Below are positions 21,853 through 32,294 of a stretch of 64,000 nucleotides of DNA, piece by piece. The number at the start of each line of letters is the position of its first letter. Within the stretch, counting starts at the first letter, position 1. The translations under genes and the position numbers were made by a program. The notes below the pieces were generated by a model. That model was not told the DNA's origin. It saw only the letters and a list, made by a program, of their open reading frames with translations, and searched no databases. Location: assembly GCA_021731245.1 (NCBI GenBank), contig JAKFXT010000002.1, forward strand, positions 24,164-88,163, written 5' to 3'. Source of the DNA: Patescibacteria group bacterium (GTDB lineage Bacteria > Patescibacteriota > Minisyncoccia > Phycocordibacterales > JAKFXT01).

Positions 21853-22662
21853 ATGGCTTATAAATCAAGAATAACCACTCGAGGTTTGTTTGAAGCTAAG
21901 GATACAAGTCCCTATAAAATTTCTAGATCAAAATTGGATTTATTTTCTGATTGTCGTCGTTGTGCTTATTTAGATATGAGATTGGGCGTGAAGAGGCCTT
22001 CGATGCCAGCTTTTACTTTGAATAATGCCGTGGACGAACTTTTAAAAAGAGAGTTCGATATACACAGGGCTAATGGAACGGTCCACCCACTTCTTAATAG
22101 TTACGGGGTAAAGGCAATTCCATTTAACGATGAGCGAATGGATGAGTGGAGAGACGCACTTCGTCGTGGCATATCTTATTTTCACGAGCCAACAAATATA
22201 ATTTTAAGAGGTGGCGTGGATGATGTTTGGATAAATGATGATAAAGAAATAATAATTGTTGATTATAAAGCAACAAGTAAAAAAATTGGCCCATCATCTG
22301 GTGAAGATCTTTATCCTTCATATAAAAAACAAATGGAGATATATCAGTGGCTCTTTAGGAAAAATGGATTCAAAGTTTCGCCAATTGGATATTTTGTTTA
22401 TGTAAACGGTAAATCTGATGCCAAAGCATTTGATGCCAAATTAGAATTTGATTTGAAACTGATTCCTTATGAAGGAAATGATTCTTGGATAGAAGAAATG
22501 TTGTTTGATTTAAAGAAAACATTACTCTCTGATCAAATACCAGAAGTTGGGATTTCGTTTGGCGGTGGCCCTTGCGAATATTGTTCTTACAGAGAGGATG
22601 CGGGTAAGATTTTAATGTCAATTCATTCTAAAAATAAAAATGGTAAAAAAGAGTCTATTTAA
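21853..22662 (+). CDS. PD-(D/E)xK nuclease (RecB/Cas4-like) with Cys cluster
   Basis: ISRSKL...CRRC, GGVDD...IIVDYK, QMEIY, C-terminal CEYC. Confidence 0.85.
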   Translation: MAYKSRITTRGLFEAKDTSPYKISRSKLDLFSDCRRCAYLDMRLGVKRPSMPAFTLNNAVDELLKREFDIHRANGTVHPLLNSYGVKAIPFNDERMDEWRDALRRGISYFHEPTNIILRGGVDDVWINDDKEIIIVDYKATSKKIGPSSGEDLYPSYKKQMEIYQWLFRKNGFKVSPIGYFVYVNGKSDAKAFDAKLEFDLKLIPYEGNDSWIEEMLFDLKKTLLSDQIPEVGISFGGGPCEYCSYREDAGKILMSIHSKNKNGKKESI

Positions 22663-22930
22663 AGAAAGGGTTCAGAGAGCCGTAAGAAGTATCCCGAAAG
22701 GGAAAACTTTTTCTTATGGGGAAATTGCCAAAATGTCTGGTAATCCAGGCGCTGGAAGAGCTGTCGGAACTATAATGGCTAATAATTTTGATAAAACCAT
22801 TCCATGTCACAGGGTTGTGAAAGCAGGTGGAAAAATTGGTAACTACAATCGCGGAGGAATTAGTAAAAAGATAGAATTATTGAAAAAAGAAGGAGTTGAA
22901 ATTAAAGCTGGCAGTGTGGTAAAACAATAA
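22640..22930 (+). CDS. MGMT-family methylated-DNA binding/alkyltransferase domain protein
   Basis: IPKGKTFSYGEIA, RAVG, IPCHRVV, LLKKEG. Confidence 0.9.
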   Translation: MVKKSLFKERVQRAVRSIPKGKTFSYGEIAKMSGNPGAGRAVGTIMANNFDKTIPCHRVVKAGGKIGNYNRGGISKKIELLKKEGVEIKAGSVVKQ

Positions 22931-22931
22931 A

Positions 22932-24686
22932 ATGACTTCTGAAGAAATACGTAAACGCTTTTTAACTTTTTTTGAGACTAGAGGGCATAAAATTATACCC
23001 TCAGCTTCACTTGTGCCAGAAAATGACCCCACTGTCCTTTTTAATACAGCGGGAATGCAACCTTTAGTCCCGTATCTTATGGGAACACTTCATCCTGCTG
23101 GAAAACGCCTTGTAGATGTACAAAAATGTGTTCGCACTGGAGACCTTGAAGATATAGGCGACAATAGACATTTTTCTTTTTTTGAAATGATGGGAAATTG
23201 GTCTTTAGGTGATTATTTTAAAAAAGAAGCAATAACCTGGAGCTACGAATTCCTTACTTCTAAAGATGAAGGTTTGGGATTAGACCCATCTCGTCTTTAT
23301 GTAACTTGCTTTGAGGGCGATGACAATGCTCCGAAGGATGATGAATCTCCTAAGATTTGGATGGATTTAGGAATTCCTAAAGAAAGAATTTATTTTTTAG
23401 GAGCCGAAGATAATTGGTGGAGTCCAGGAGACAATGGTCCGTGCGGACCTGATACTGAGATGTTCTATGATTTTACTGAAAAAGGTACGGGGAAACTTTC
23501 TAAAGAAGAGTTTCTTAGTGCTGTAAAAAGTGAACATCTTATTGAAATCTGGAATGATGTTTTTATGGAGTATCAAAAAAAGGATGGAAAAGTTATCGGT
23601 AAATTAACTCAAAAAAACGTAGATACGGGCGCTGGGCTTGAGCGTATAAGCGCTTTGATGCAGAAAAAGAAAACGGCATACGACACAGATCTTTTTGAAG
23701 GAATTATGAGTAAAATAAAGGATTTTTCATTGGAACCAAATACCAAATCAATGAGAATAGTAGCCGATCACATTAGAACTTCTGTTTTTCTTATAGCTGA
23801 TGGAGTTACTCCTTCTAATACAGACCAAGGATATATTTTGCGTCGACTTTTGCGTCGGGCTGTCACTTCCGCTGATAAACTTAAAATGAAAAGTGGAGAT
23901 ATTTCACTATTGGCCGATGTAGTTATAGAAAAATATCAAAATATTTATTCAAATCTTAAAGAAAAAGAAATTGATATAAAACGCGAGATAAATGAAGAGG
24001 AAACAAGGTTTAGAAAAACTCTTACAGAAGGATTGAAGGAATTCAAAAAACTTTCAACAGGTAAGATTACAGGACATGAAGCTTTCACCCTCTTTTCTAC
24101 TTATGGCTTTCCATTTGAAATGACGAGAGAGCTGGCTATTGAATTTGGCAAAGAAATTGACGAGAATGCTTTTAAAGAAGAAATGATGAAGCATCAAGAA
24201 ATATCGCGCGTAGGAGCTGAACAAAAATTTAAAGGGGGTCTTGGAGACACGAGTGAAGTGTCTGTTAAATATCACACAGCTACTCACTTGCTTCACCAGG
24301 CACTTCGAGATGTTTTAGGAGACAAAGTTTATCAAAAAGGAAGTAATATAACACCGGAGAGATTGCGTTTTGATTTTTCATATGGAGAAAAGATGACTCC
24401 AGAGCAGAAAAAATTAGTAGAAGATTTAATTAATGACAAAATAAATCAGTCTTTACCTGTAACATATGAAGATTTACCAATAGACGAGGCTAAGAAAAAG
24501 GGGGCTATCGGATTATTTGAAGAAAAATATGGAGATAAAGTAAGAGTTTATAAAATAGGGGATTTTAGTTTGGAATTTTGTGGAGGCCCTCATGTCAATA
24601 ACACTAAAGAACTTGGTATTTTCAAAATAGAAAAAGAGGAAGCAATTTCGGCTGGAGTAAGAAGAATTAAAGCAACCCTTAAATAA
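22932..24686 (+). CDS. alaS: Alanine--tRNA ligase (short, no C-Ala domain)
   Basis: LFNTAGMQP, FFEMMGNWS, GPCGPDTE, DTGAGLER, HTATHLLH, EFCGGPH. Confidence 0.96.
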   Translation: MTSEEIRKRFLTFFETRGHKIIPSASLVPENDPTVLFNTAGMQPLVPYLMGTLHPAGKRLVDVQKCVRTGDLEDIGDNRHFSFFEMMGNWSLGDYFKKEAITWSYEFLTSKDEGLGLDPSRLYVTCFEGDDNAPKDDESPKIWMDLGIPKERIYFLGAEDNWWSPGDNGPCGPDTEMFYDFTEKGTGKLSKEEFLSAVKSEHLIEIWNDVFMEYQKKDGKVIGKLTQKNVDTGAGLERISALMQKKKTAYDTDLFEGIMSKIKDFSLEPNTKSMRIVADHIRTSVFLIADGVTPSNTDQGYILRRLLRRAVTSADKLKMKSGDISLLADVVIEKYQNIYSNLKEKEIDIKREINEEETRFRKTLTEGLKEFKKLSTGKITGHEAFTLFSTYGFPFEMTRELAIEFGKEIDENAFKEEMMKHQEISRVGAEQKFKGGLGDTSEVSVKYHTATHLLHQALRDVLGDKVYQKGSNITPERLRFDFSYGEKMTPEQKKLVEDLINDKINQSLPVTYEDLPIDEAKKKGAIGLFEEKYGDKVRVYKIGDFSLEFCGGPHVNNTKELGIFKIEKEEAISAGVRRIKATLK

Positions 24687-24744
24687 AGAAAATACTAACA
24701 GTTGGAAGCTGTAAGGGGTTCACTTATCTTGCTATAATTTATTC

Positions 24745-25950
24745 ATGGCATTTTTCTCTTTTCTTGAAGATAAAAAAAATACTAAAATAAAAATAGTTCT
24801 ATTTTTGGACGCTGGCAAAGGCCATGCGCGCGGTGCGGTTGTTGAAATGCGCAATGATATACCCCATATTCTTTATTCCGTTTCAGGAGAGAAAAAAATA
24901 GGACTACCTGAAAGTAAGGAGTCTTTGTCTCTCGCTATGTCTTCACTAGAAGAGGTTTTGCAAGACATAGCGAGAGCTCTTCAAAAATCAGTATTTAAAA
25001 ATAAAAGTTATGTTGCAGAAGAAGTTTGTTGTATTTTAGCTGAGCCATATTATTTATCGCACACATCTCTAATCACTGAAACACAAAAAGAACCATTTAC
25101 TGTTACGGAGGGAGTTATAAAGAAAATAATGAGCTCGTATCACGAGTTGCTTCCAGAAGCTCACAAAGAGGTTTTACTGGACTCCAATCCTGATGTAATT
25201 CATGAAAAAATAATTGAAGTTCGTATAAATGGATACCACAGCGATAATCCATACGGAAAAATGGCTAATGAATTACAACTTGCGGTATTTAGAACAAAAA
25301 TAAATAAAAATATTGTAGATTCTATAATTAAAATCGTAAAAAAAGTCACACCAGCTCCTCTTTCTGTAGAGCCGTTATCCCTTGCCGCCTTTATCACTGT
25401 CCGTAATAGACTGAGCACAGATAAAGATTTTATTCTAGTTACTGTGGGGAATGATGTTTCCGAAATTTCTTTGATTAGAGATCACGCTCTACTTGAGACA
25501 GTTTCATTTCCTTTTGGTAAACACTCTTTAGCAAGATTAATTGCATCTAAAATCTTTGCCACCCCAGAAGAGGCCTTAACAAGGTTGGGGCTTTATCACG
25601 ATAAAAAACTTTCTAAAGAAAGTGAGGCGGCGTTTTTCCCAGTTATGGAAGAAACTCAGGCTTTGTGGTTTTCATATCTTGAGAAATCATTAGTAAGTCT
25701 TTCAGGGGAAGTGATGATACCGGAAAATATTTATATATTTGTAGACACGGATCTTAAAGACATGCTCGGATCAAACATCACACAAAAAGGTTTTGCGAGT
25801 CAAACACTTGTTCCTAATGGATTCATTATTAATACATTAGATACAAGCGCTCTTTCTGAACAGTGTACTTTTGGGTTGGATATTCGTTTCGACACCATAC
25901 TAGCTATAGCAGCATCGTTCGCTGGAGCATCCAAAGAATCTTTAAGTTAG
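24745..25950 (+). CDS. FtsA/actin-like fold hypothetical protein
   Basis: LDAG..., NGY...NPYG, VTVGNDVSEISLIRD...SFPFG; divergent. Confidence 0.6.
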   Translation: MAFFSFLEDKKNTKIKIVLFLDAGKGHARGAVVEMRNDIPHILYSVSGEKKIGLPESKESLSLAMSSLEEVLQDIARALQKSVFKNKSYVAEEVCCILAEPYYLSHTSLITETQKEPFTVTEGVIKKIMSSYHELLPEAHKEVLLDSNPDVIHEKIIEVRINGYHSDNPYGKMANELQLAVFRTKINKNIVDSIIKIVKKVTPAPLSVEPLSLAAFITVRNRLSTDKDFILVTVGNDVSEISLIRDHALLETVSFPFGKHSLARLIASKIFATPEEALTRLGLYHDKKLSKESEAAFFPVMEETQALWFSYLEKSLVSLSGEVMIPENIYIFVDTDLKDMLGSNITQKGFASQTLVPNGFIINTLDTSALSEQCTFGLDIRFDTILAIAASFAGASKESLS

Positions 25951-25978
25951 TAATAAATTTGTGATAAAATAGATTTCT

Positions 25979-27340
25979 ATGAAGAGAAAGATTGTACAAG
26001 ATGTAATACCACCTAAAGAAGGACGAAGTATAAGGAATATTCCCATACCACAACGTGTTTCTAAAAATGAAACTTCAGAGATTGAGAGCCGTGTTAACAA
26101 TAATGTGATTAGGCAGGAGGCTGTTATTGGCGAAGATGTCTCTACTCAAAATCGTAAGAAAAATATAGAAGTTACCACTATACCAGCTGTCGAAAAAAAG
26201 AATTTCAGCGGTAAGTTGAAGTTCGTCTTTTTTATTTTAGGAACAGCTATTGTTTTTGGTGGAGGATATTTTATATATCTATTTTTTAATATTGGGGCTG
26301 TGGTAACAGTCACTCCTAAAGAAAAAGAGATTTACGTAGATAATTCCTTCGTATCTAAAAAAACCGCTAAGGAAGGAGAGTTGAATTTTGAAGTAATCTC
26401 ACTTGTGGAAACTATGGAAAAAGCTGTGCCTACAACGGGAGAGAAGAAAGTTGATAAAAAAGCAAGAGGAGAGATTGTCGTATATAACGATTATAGCACC
26501 CAGTCTCAAAGACTTATAAAAAATACTAGATTTGAAACCCCGGAAGGTTTAATTTTCAAATCAGAATCATCTATCGTCGTACCGGGTCAAACTAAAAAAG
26601 ATGGTAAAAGTACACCTGGTAGTGTCGGAGTTGTCGTTGTTGCTGATGAATCTGGAGAAAAATACAATGTGGATTTGAAAGATTTCACTATTCCTGGCTT
26701 TAAAAATGAACCCGAGTATGAAAAGTTTTACGCTCGCTCAAAAACAGCCATGACAGGTGGCTTTAGTGGAATTATAAAGACAGCTTCTCCAACAGATATA
26801 GAAATTGCTCGCAAAGAATTGACCGTAGTGTTGAAAGAAAAAGTACAGAAGGCGGTAAGTGAGAAAGTTCCAGCAGGATTCATTTTATTCGATAATGCTT
26901 TTTTTACATCATTTGAAACATTATCAAACCCGGAAGACAGTAATGTTTCAATGAAAGTTTTAGCAAATGCCATTATCTTTAATAAAGATAATTTAGCTAA
27001 AATATTGGCGGGATTAAAAATAGATGACTATAGGGGAGAAAATATAACTTCTAATGTATTAGACAAAATGTCTCTGAAAGTAGATCCTAAAGAGGCAACA
27101 CCTTGGATTACGGGGGTATTTCCAGTCACTTTTACAGGAACAACTACTTTAACTTGGAATATTGATACGGGTAAACTACGAAAAGACTTGGTTGGTGTGC
27201 CCAAAAACTTTGTCAACGATATATTTAAAAATTATATAGGTATTGATAAGGCTGAAGTTGCTCTAACTCCAACATGGAAATCTGTTTTTCCAGAGGACGA
27301 GGGTAAAATAGAGATAAAGATTAAGCCGTCCCTAGAGTAG
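25979..27340 (+). CDS. Single-TM protein with baseplate-J-like beta domain
   Basis: TM segment; KARGEIVVYN...LIKNTRF.TPEGLIF...VVADESGEKYN...MTGG. Confidence 0.65.
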   Translation: MKRKIVQDVIPPKEGRSIRNIPIPQRVSKNETSEIESRVNNNVIRQEAVIGEDVSTQNRKKNIEVTTIPAVEKKNFSGKLKFVFFILGTAIVFGGGYFIYLFFNIGAVVTVTPKEKEIYVDNSFVSKKTAKEGELNFEVISLVETMEKAVPTTGEKKVDKKARGEIVVYNDYSTQSQRLIKNTRFETPEGLIFKSESSIVVPGQTKKDGKSTPGSVGVVVVADESGEKYNVDLKDFTIPGFKNEPEYEKFYARSKTAMTGGFSGIIKTASPTDIEIARKELTVVLKEKVQKAVSEKVPAGFILFDNAFFTSFETLSNPEDSNVSMKVLANAIIFNKDNLAKILAGLKIDDYRGENITSNVLDKMSLKVDPKEATPWITGVFPVTFTGTTTLTWNIDTGKLRKDLVGVPKNFVNDIFKNYIGIDKAEVALTPTWKSVFPEDEGKIEIKIKPSLE

Positions 27341-27491
27341 AGAACCTCAAAATACTAGGCCCCTTGCCGTATATAGCCCTTTAATGCTAGTCTATTTGAA
27401 CTGCAGTCAATTTTGCTGTTTGCTCTGTTTTTATTGACGATTGCAGTATTTTTGTGTTAGGATTCTAACTTCGTTCTACAAATACTTTCTA

Positions 27492-27713
27492 ATGGGTACT
27501 GAAAGAGAAAAGGAAAAAAAAATCGGTATCGTCCTAGAAGCGCTTCCAAATACGCTTTTTCGCGTTGAATTGAAAGACAGTAAAAAGGTGATACTGGGCT
27601 ATTTGTCAGGAAAAATGCGACTTCATAGAATCAGGGTCCTTATTGGAGACACTGTAGAGGTAGAAATAGACCCGTATAACGAGGAAAAAACAAAAATAAT
27701 AAGACGTTCATAA
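27492..27713 (+). CDS. infA: Translation initiation factor IF-1
   Basis: [27 protein letters not shown]. Confidence 0.95.
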   Translation: MGTEREKEKKIGIVLEALPNTLFRVELKDSKKVILGYLSGKMRLHRIRVLIGDTVEVEIDPYNEEKTKIIRRS

Positions 27714-27715
27714 AA

Positions 27716-27829
27716 ATGAAAGTAAGAACCTCTGTAAAAACAATCTGTGCTAAATGCAAAATGATTCGAAGAAAAGGTCGGGTCTGTGTAATTTGCGCTG
27801 ACCCAAGACATAAGCAAAGACAAGGTTAA
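27716..27829 (+). CDS. rpmJ: 50S ribosomal protein L36 (not in ORF track)
   Basis: [37 protein letters not shown]. Confidence 0.97.
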   Translation: MKVRTSVKTICAKCKMIRRKGRVCVICADPRHKQRQG

Positions 27830-27844
27830 TTTTAAATATATATT

Positions 27845-28225
27845 ATGCGTATTGTAGGAATAACACTTCCAGATAATAAAAGAATTGAATATGCCCTAAC
27901 AGCTCTTTATGGTATTGGAATTTCTACTTCTCGTTCTATTTTAGATAATGCAAAAGTGGATGCCACTAAAAAAACAAAGGAATTAACTGCGGAAGAAGAG
28001 AATTCAATTCGTACCTTGATTGAAAGTATGAAAATTGAAGGAGATTTGCGCAGAAACGTCGCTTCAAATATTAAACGTCTCAAAGATATAAAGTCTTATA
28101 GGGGGAGTCGTCACACAAAACATTTGCCAGTAAGAGGACAAAGAACGAAGACAAACACTCGTACAGTTCGTGGAAACGTTAGAAGAACTATGGGATCTGG
28201 TCGTCGTGCGGTAGAAAAAACATAA
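27845..28225 (+). CDS. rpsM: 30S ribosomal protein S13
   Basis: ALTALYGIG, SYRGSRH..LPVRGQRTKTN. Confidence 0.97.
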   Translation: MRIVGITLPDNKRIEYALTALYGIGISTSRSILDNAKVDATKKTKELTAEEENSIRTLIESMKIEGDLRRNVASNIKRLKDIKSYRGSRHTKHLPVRGQRTKTNTRTVRGNVRRTMGSGRRAVEKT

Positions 28226-28226
28226 T

Positions 28227-28661
28227 ATGGGTAAAAAACGCGTAGCTTCAAAATCAGGTGGTGAAGTGGATCAAGGTCTTCGTGCTAAGTCCTTGTCTAA
28301 GGGTGCTAAAAAAAGAATTGATATCGGTGTTCTATATGTTGAATCAACTTACAACAACACCCGTGTTCTCTTGGCTGATAAAAGTGGTAATGCAGTTTGT
28401 GCATCATCAAGTGGCTCTCTAGGGTTTACCGGAGCGAAAAAAGGGACTCCTTTTGCTGCAGCTAAAGTGGGGGAATTGATTGGGGAAAAGGCAGTAGCGG
28501 TTGGGGTAAAAAATGTAGACGTGATAATAAAAGGAGTGGGGTCTGGTCGCGAAGCAGCAGTTAGAGCCTTCACAAGCAAAGGAATAGGATTACTTTCAAT
28601 AAAAGACGTTACACCAGTGCCACACAATGGACCAAAAGCTAAAAAGCCAAGAAGAATTTAA
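28227..28661 (+). CDS. rpsK: 30S ribosomal protein S11
   Basis: STYNNT, KGTPFAA, DVTPVPHNG. Confidence 0.97.
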   Translation: MGKKRVASKSGGEVDQGLRAKSLSKGAKKRIDIGVLYVESTYNNTRVLLADKSGNAVCASSSGSLGFTGAKKGTPFAAAKVGELIGEKAVAVGVKNVDVIIKGVGSGREAAVRAFTSKGIGLLSIKDVTPVPHNGPKAKKPRRI

Positions 28662-28670
28662 ATAAAATAT

Positions 28671-29282
28671 ATGATAGTAGGACCAAAATATAAAATAGGT
28701 AAAAGATTAGGCGCGGGTGTTTTTGAAAAATGCCAAACTCAAAAGTTTGCCATATCAGAAGCTCGTACTGGTAAGAAAAATAAAGGCCGCCGTGGTGGTC
28801 GTAGTGATTACGCTAAGCAATTTTTGGAAAAACAAAAAGTGCGTTACACCTATGGAATTATGGAGAAGCAATTCAAAAATTACATAATAAAAGCTAATGA
28901 CACTAAAAATATAAAGCCAGCCGATTATCTCTATCAAATGCTTGAACAAAGATTGGATAATGTTGTCTATCGTTTGGGTCTTGCAAAGACAAGACGTGGA
29001 GCAAGACAAATGGTTTCTCACGGCCACATATTATTGAATGGAATTAAAGTAACTGTTCCATCAGCTAATGTGAAAGTCGCTGATGTGATTAAAATTCGTG
29101 AAGGAAGTAAAGTCAGTCCACTTTTTACAAATCTGGAAGAAAGATTTAAGGAATACACAATGCCAGCGTGGGTCTCATTCGATGTTAACAAGGGAGAAGG
29201 CATAGTAAAACAGAATCCAACTTACGAAAGAATGAGTCTTCACTTTGACCTTTCTCCGGTTTTGGAGTTCTACAGTCGTTAA
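28671..29282 (+). CDS. rpsD: 30S ribosomal protein S4
   Basis: EKQKVRYTYG, LEQRLDNVVYRLG, ARQMVSHGH, EFYSR. Confidence 0.97.
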   Translation: MIVGPKYKIGKRLGAGVFEKCQTQKFAISEARTGKKNKGRRGGRSDYAKQFLEKQKVRYTYGIMEKQFKNYIIKANDTKNIKPADYLYQMLEQRLDNVVYRLGLAKTRRGARQMVSHGHILLNGIKVTVPSANVKVADVIKIREGSKVSPLFTNLEERFKEYTMPAWVSFDVNKGEGIVKQNPTYERMSLHFDLSPVLEFYSR

Positions 29283-29339
29283 GCATTGATTATTACTAAC
29301 TTTTGTTGTAAAACATTATTCATTATTAATTTTTAATAT

Positions 29340-30299
29340 ATGTCAGAAATAAACGTTATATTGCCATCAAAACCTAAGGTTGTAGAAGAAAGTGCAACTA
29401 GTGGAACTTATGAAATAGACGGCCTTTACCCTGGTTATGGCCATACGCTTGGAAATTCTCTAAGAAGAATAATTCTGTCTTCTCTTCCGGGTGCGGCTAT
29501 TACTAATGTAAAAATAGACGGCGTTAGTCACGAATTCTCAACTGTTTCTGGCATAAAGGAAGATATAGTGACCGTTCTCTTAAATTTGAAGAGAGTTCGC
29601 ATCAAGATGTTGACTGATGAGCCACAAACTCTAAGTATCTCTGTCAAAGGGGCTAAGAGTGTTGAGGCGTCTGACATAAAAGCGCCCGGTCAAGTTGAAA
29701 TAATTAACAAAGACCAGCACATAGCAACTCTTACAGAAAAATCATCTTCTTTTGAAGTAGAGATGAGAGTAGAAAGAGGGATTGGTTTTGTTTCTAAGGA
29801 AAACATACAGAAAGATCGTGTTGAAATTGGCGCCATTGCACTTGATGCAAGTTTTACTCCTATTCGCCGTGTTAACTATGAAGTAGAGAATATGCGCGTT
29901 GGAGACAGAACTGACTTCAATAGATTGAAATTATTTATAGAAACAGACGGAATAATCACTCCTCATGAAGCACTTGAAAAAGCTATTGAAACAATGATTA
30001 ATCAGCTTCGAGCTATTGTTGGTTTCAAAGAAGAAGATTATGCTCTTCCTGCAAAAGAAGAGGTTTCAACTTCAAAAGAAGTTAAAATTTCAATTGACCC
30101 AGAACTCCTTAAAACTAGAATTGAAACTATGGATCTTTCACCAAGAACAATAAACGCCCTTAATACAGCTAATATAAGAACACTAGGCGGACTTGCTCGT
30201 AAAAGAGAGGAGGACATCTTGGATATAGACGGCTTGGGAAGTAAGGGGATGCAAGAAATTAAAAAGGCATTAGCGGGTTTTGGTATCGGTCTTAAGTAA
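29340..30299 (+). CDS. rpoA: RNA polymerase subunit alpha
   Basis: GYGHTLGNSLRRIILSSLPG, HEFS, alpha-CTD. Confidence 0.97.
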   Translation: MSEINVILPSKPKVVEESATSGTYEIDGLYPGYGHTLGNSLRRIILSSLPGAAITNVKIDGVSHEFSTVSGIKEDIVTVLLNLKRVRIKMLTDEPQTLSISVKGAKSVEASDIKAPGQVEIINKDQHIATLTEKSSSFEVEMRVERGIGFVSKENIQKDRVEIGAIALDASFTPIRRVNYEVENMRVGDRTDFNRLKLFIETDGIITPHEALEKAIETMINQLRAIVGFKEEDYALPAKEEVSTSKEVKISIDPELLKTRIETMDLSPRTINALNTANIRTLGGLARKREEDILDIDGLGSKGMQEIKKALAGFGIGLK

Positions 30300-30322
30300 T
30301 ATATAGAAATAATTAAAATTTT

Positions 30323-30673
30323 ATGAGACATCACAGAAAAGGTCGAGCTTTCGCAAGAAAGGATAATCAAAGAAAAGCATTGCTAAGATCTTTAGCGCGT
30401 GGACTTATTCTTAATCAAAAAATGGAAACTTCTATTGCTAAGGCAAAGGAAATTCGTCCTATTATCGAAAAACTTATAACCAAAGCTAAGATAAATAATC
30501 TAACCACAAGAAGACTTCTACAGTCTCGTTTGGGGAATAATGATTCTTCAATAGATAAATTATTTGAAACAGCTAAACGTTTTGAAAAAAGAAACGGTGG
30601 TTATACAAGAATAATAAAATTACCAATTCGTAAGAGTGATAGTAGTGAAAGAGCTATTATTGAATTTGTTTAG
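30323..30673 (+). CDS. rplQ: 50S ribosomal protein L17
   Basis: MRH..., RNGGYTRIIK. Confidence 0.97.
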   Translation: MRHHRKGRAFARKDNQRKALLRSLARGLILNQKMETSIAKAKEIRPIIEKLITKAKINNLTTRRLLQSRLGNNDSSIDKLFETAKRFEKRNGGYTRIIKLPIRKSDSSERAIIEFV

Positions 30674-30685
30674 TAAATTATTTAT

Positions 30686-31033
30686 ATGAAAGAATATACA
30701 ATAGACGCTAAAGAACAAAAACTAGGACGCCTTGCAAGTAAGGTAGCGGTTATTCTTATGGGTAAAAATGTTACAACTTTTCGTAAAAATCTTTTCCCAA
30801 GTACTAAAGTTCATATAATAAACGCATCAAAAATTTCTATAACTGATCGTAAGTTGGATGAAATAACTCATAGTCGTTATTCAGGTTATCCAGACGGACT
30901 TAAACAAAAATCAGGAACAATTATACGTTCACAGAAAGGAACGGAAGAACTCATCCGTCATGCTGTATCACGTATGTTGCCTAAGAACAAACACAGAAGT
31001 GGTATGCTTAAAAACTTAAGTGTTTCAGAGTAA
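30686..31033 (+). CDS. rplM: 50S ribosomal protein L13 (short)
   Basis: IDAKEQKLGRLASKVA, SGYPDGL, AVSRMLPKN. Confidence 0.95.
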   Translation: MKEYTIDAKEQKLGRLASKVAVILMGKNVTTFRKNLFPSTKVHIINASKISITDRKLDEITHSRYSGYPDGLKQKSGTIIRSQKGTEELIRHAVSRMLPKNKHRSGMLKNLSVSE

Positions 31034-31049
31034 ATAAATTTAAAGTATT

Positions 31050-31457
31050 ATGGATACAAATAAAAAAGATAAATATATAGAAGGTGTAGGTCGCAGAAAG
31101 ACAGCCATTGCCAGAGTTCGCATTTCCAAGAATTCAAAGCCAACGTTTGCTGTGAATGGCAAGAAGCTTTCTGAATATTTTGATTTGAAAGAACACCAGC
31201 ATATAGCCCTGGAATCTCTAAAAAAGGCTTCTATGGAAGATTCTTTCTCTATTTCGGCTAAGGTATTAGGAGGCGGTATTGCCGCTCAAGCTGACGCAGT
31301 GCGACACGGTGTAGCGCGTGCTTTAATAGATTTCAACATAGACCTAAGACCAGACTTAAAACACGCTGGGTTCCTTAAGAGAGATCCACGAGCTAAGGAA
31401 CGTAAGAAATTCGGTCTTAAAAAAGCAAGAAAGGCACCTCAGTGGAGTAAGCGCTAA
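31050..31457 (+). CDS. rpsI: 30S ribosomal protein S9
   Basis: GRRKTAIARV, RDPR.KERKKFGLKKARKAPQWSKR. Confidence 0.97.
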   Translation: MDTNKKDKYIEGVGRRKTAIARVRISKNSKPTFAVNGKKLSEYFDLKEHQHIALESLKKASMEDSFSISAKVLGGGIAAQADAVRHGVARALIDFNIDLRPDLKHAGFLKRDPRAKERKKFGLKKARKAPQWSKR

Positions 31458-31516
31458 AGAAGAGAAATTTCCTCTTGACTTTTGGGTTAGTTTTTAGAAA
31501 AATAATATTTTTTGAT

Positions 31517-32128
31517 ATGACAAATGAATTTTCTAAAAAATATGATACGGGGGTAGATGGAAATGATGGGGTGATTTCTAATGATGCACCCGAGGAAGCT
31601 TTTGTATTAGAAGAAGGAGAAGAAGCTGATATTAAAGCTACGGAAAAACTTCACGAACTTAGAGATAAGCTGAAAGCTTGTGAAAAAGAAAGACTAGAAT
31701 ATCTTTCTGGCTGGCAAAGAAGTAAAGCTGATTTTATAAATGCAAAGAAAGAAGTTGCAATAGAAAAAGAAAGCTTCATCTCTTTTTCTGAAGGCGCTTT
31801 GATTAAGGACCTTTTGCCCGTGCTTTCTAGTTTCAGCGCCGCTATGGCTGACAAAAAAGTCTGGGAAGAAGTTCCTCTTAATTGGAGACAAGGGGTTGAA
31901 TATATATATAGCCAATTAATGCAGGTCCTCTCGACAAGGGGCCTTGAAGTAAAAGAGCCGAGGGATGAGAGGTTTGACCCAAACTTACACGAAGCTGTCG
32001 GAGAAGAAATAGTTGATACTGAAGACAAAGATCATAAGATATTAAAAACACTTTCACCGGTTTTTTTACAAAAAAGTAAAGTGATTCAGCCAGCAAAAGT
32101 GATAGTTGGAAGATTTCCCAAAAAATAA
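31517..32128 (+). CDS. grpE: Nucleotide exchange factor GrpE
   Basis: QRSKADFIN, LLPVL, FDPNLHEAV, PAKVIV. Confidence 0.93.
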   Translation: MTNEFSKKYDTGVDGNDGVISNDAPEEAFVLEEGEEADIKATEKLHELRDKLKACEKERLEYLSGWQRSKADFINAKKEVAIEKESFISFSEGALIKDLLPVLSSFSAAMADKKVWEEVPLNWRQGVEYIYSQLMQVLSTRGLEVKEPRDERFDPNLHEAVGEEIVDTEDKDHKILKTLSPVFLQKSKVIQPAKVIVGRFPKK

Positions 32129-32138
32129 TGAGCGCAGT

Positions 32139-32268
32139 GACTATATTTTTTGAGGACCCAGCACCTTATTGCGATAAATAAACTTATTAAGTAATATGTC
32201 CATCATCAAACAAAATAAAATTAAACATTTAATAACTTAAAAGGTGCTGGGTGATGATTTTTATAGTC
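32139..32268 (+). promoter_or_regulatory. Long imperfect hairpin in the grpE-dnaK spacer
   Basis: ACCCAGCACCTT (32156-67) / AAGGTGCTGGGT (32241-52); GACTATA/TATAGTC. Confidence 0.6.
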
Positions 32269-32294
32269 GTTACCACTCCTTAAAAATTAATCAT

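Noticed and set aside
25979-27340. Prophage suggested by the baseplate-J-like protein
   Set aside because: No other phage genes nearby; it has a TM anchor and sits in a core-gene context.
31460-32294. CIRCE/HrcA operator before grpE or dnaK
   Set aside because: No TTAGCACTC-N9-GAGTGCTAA match was found.
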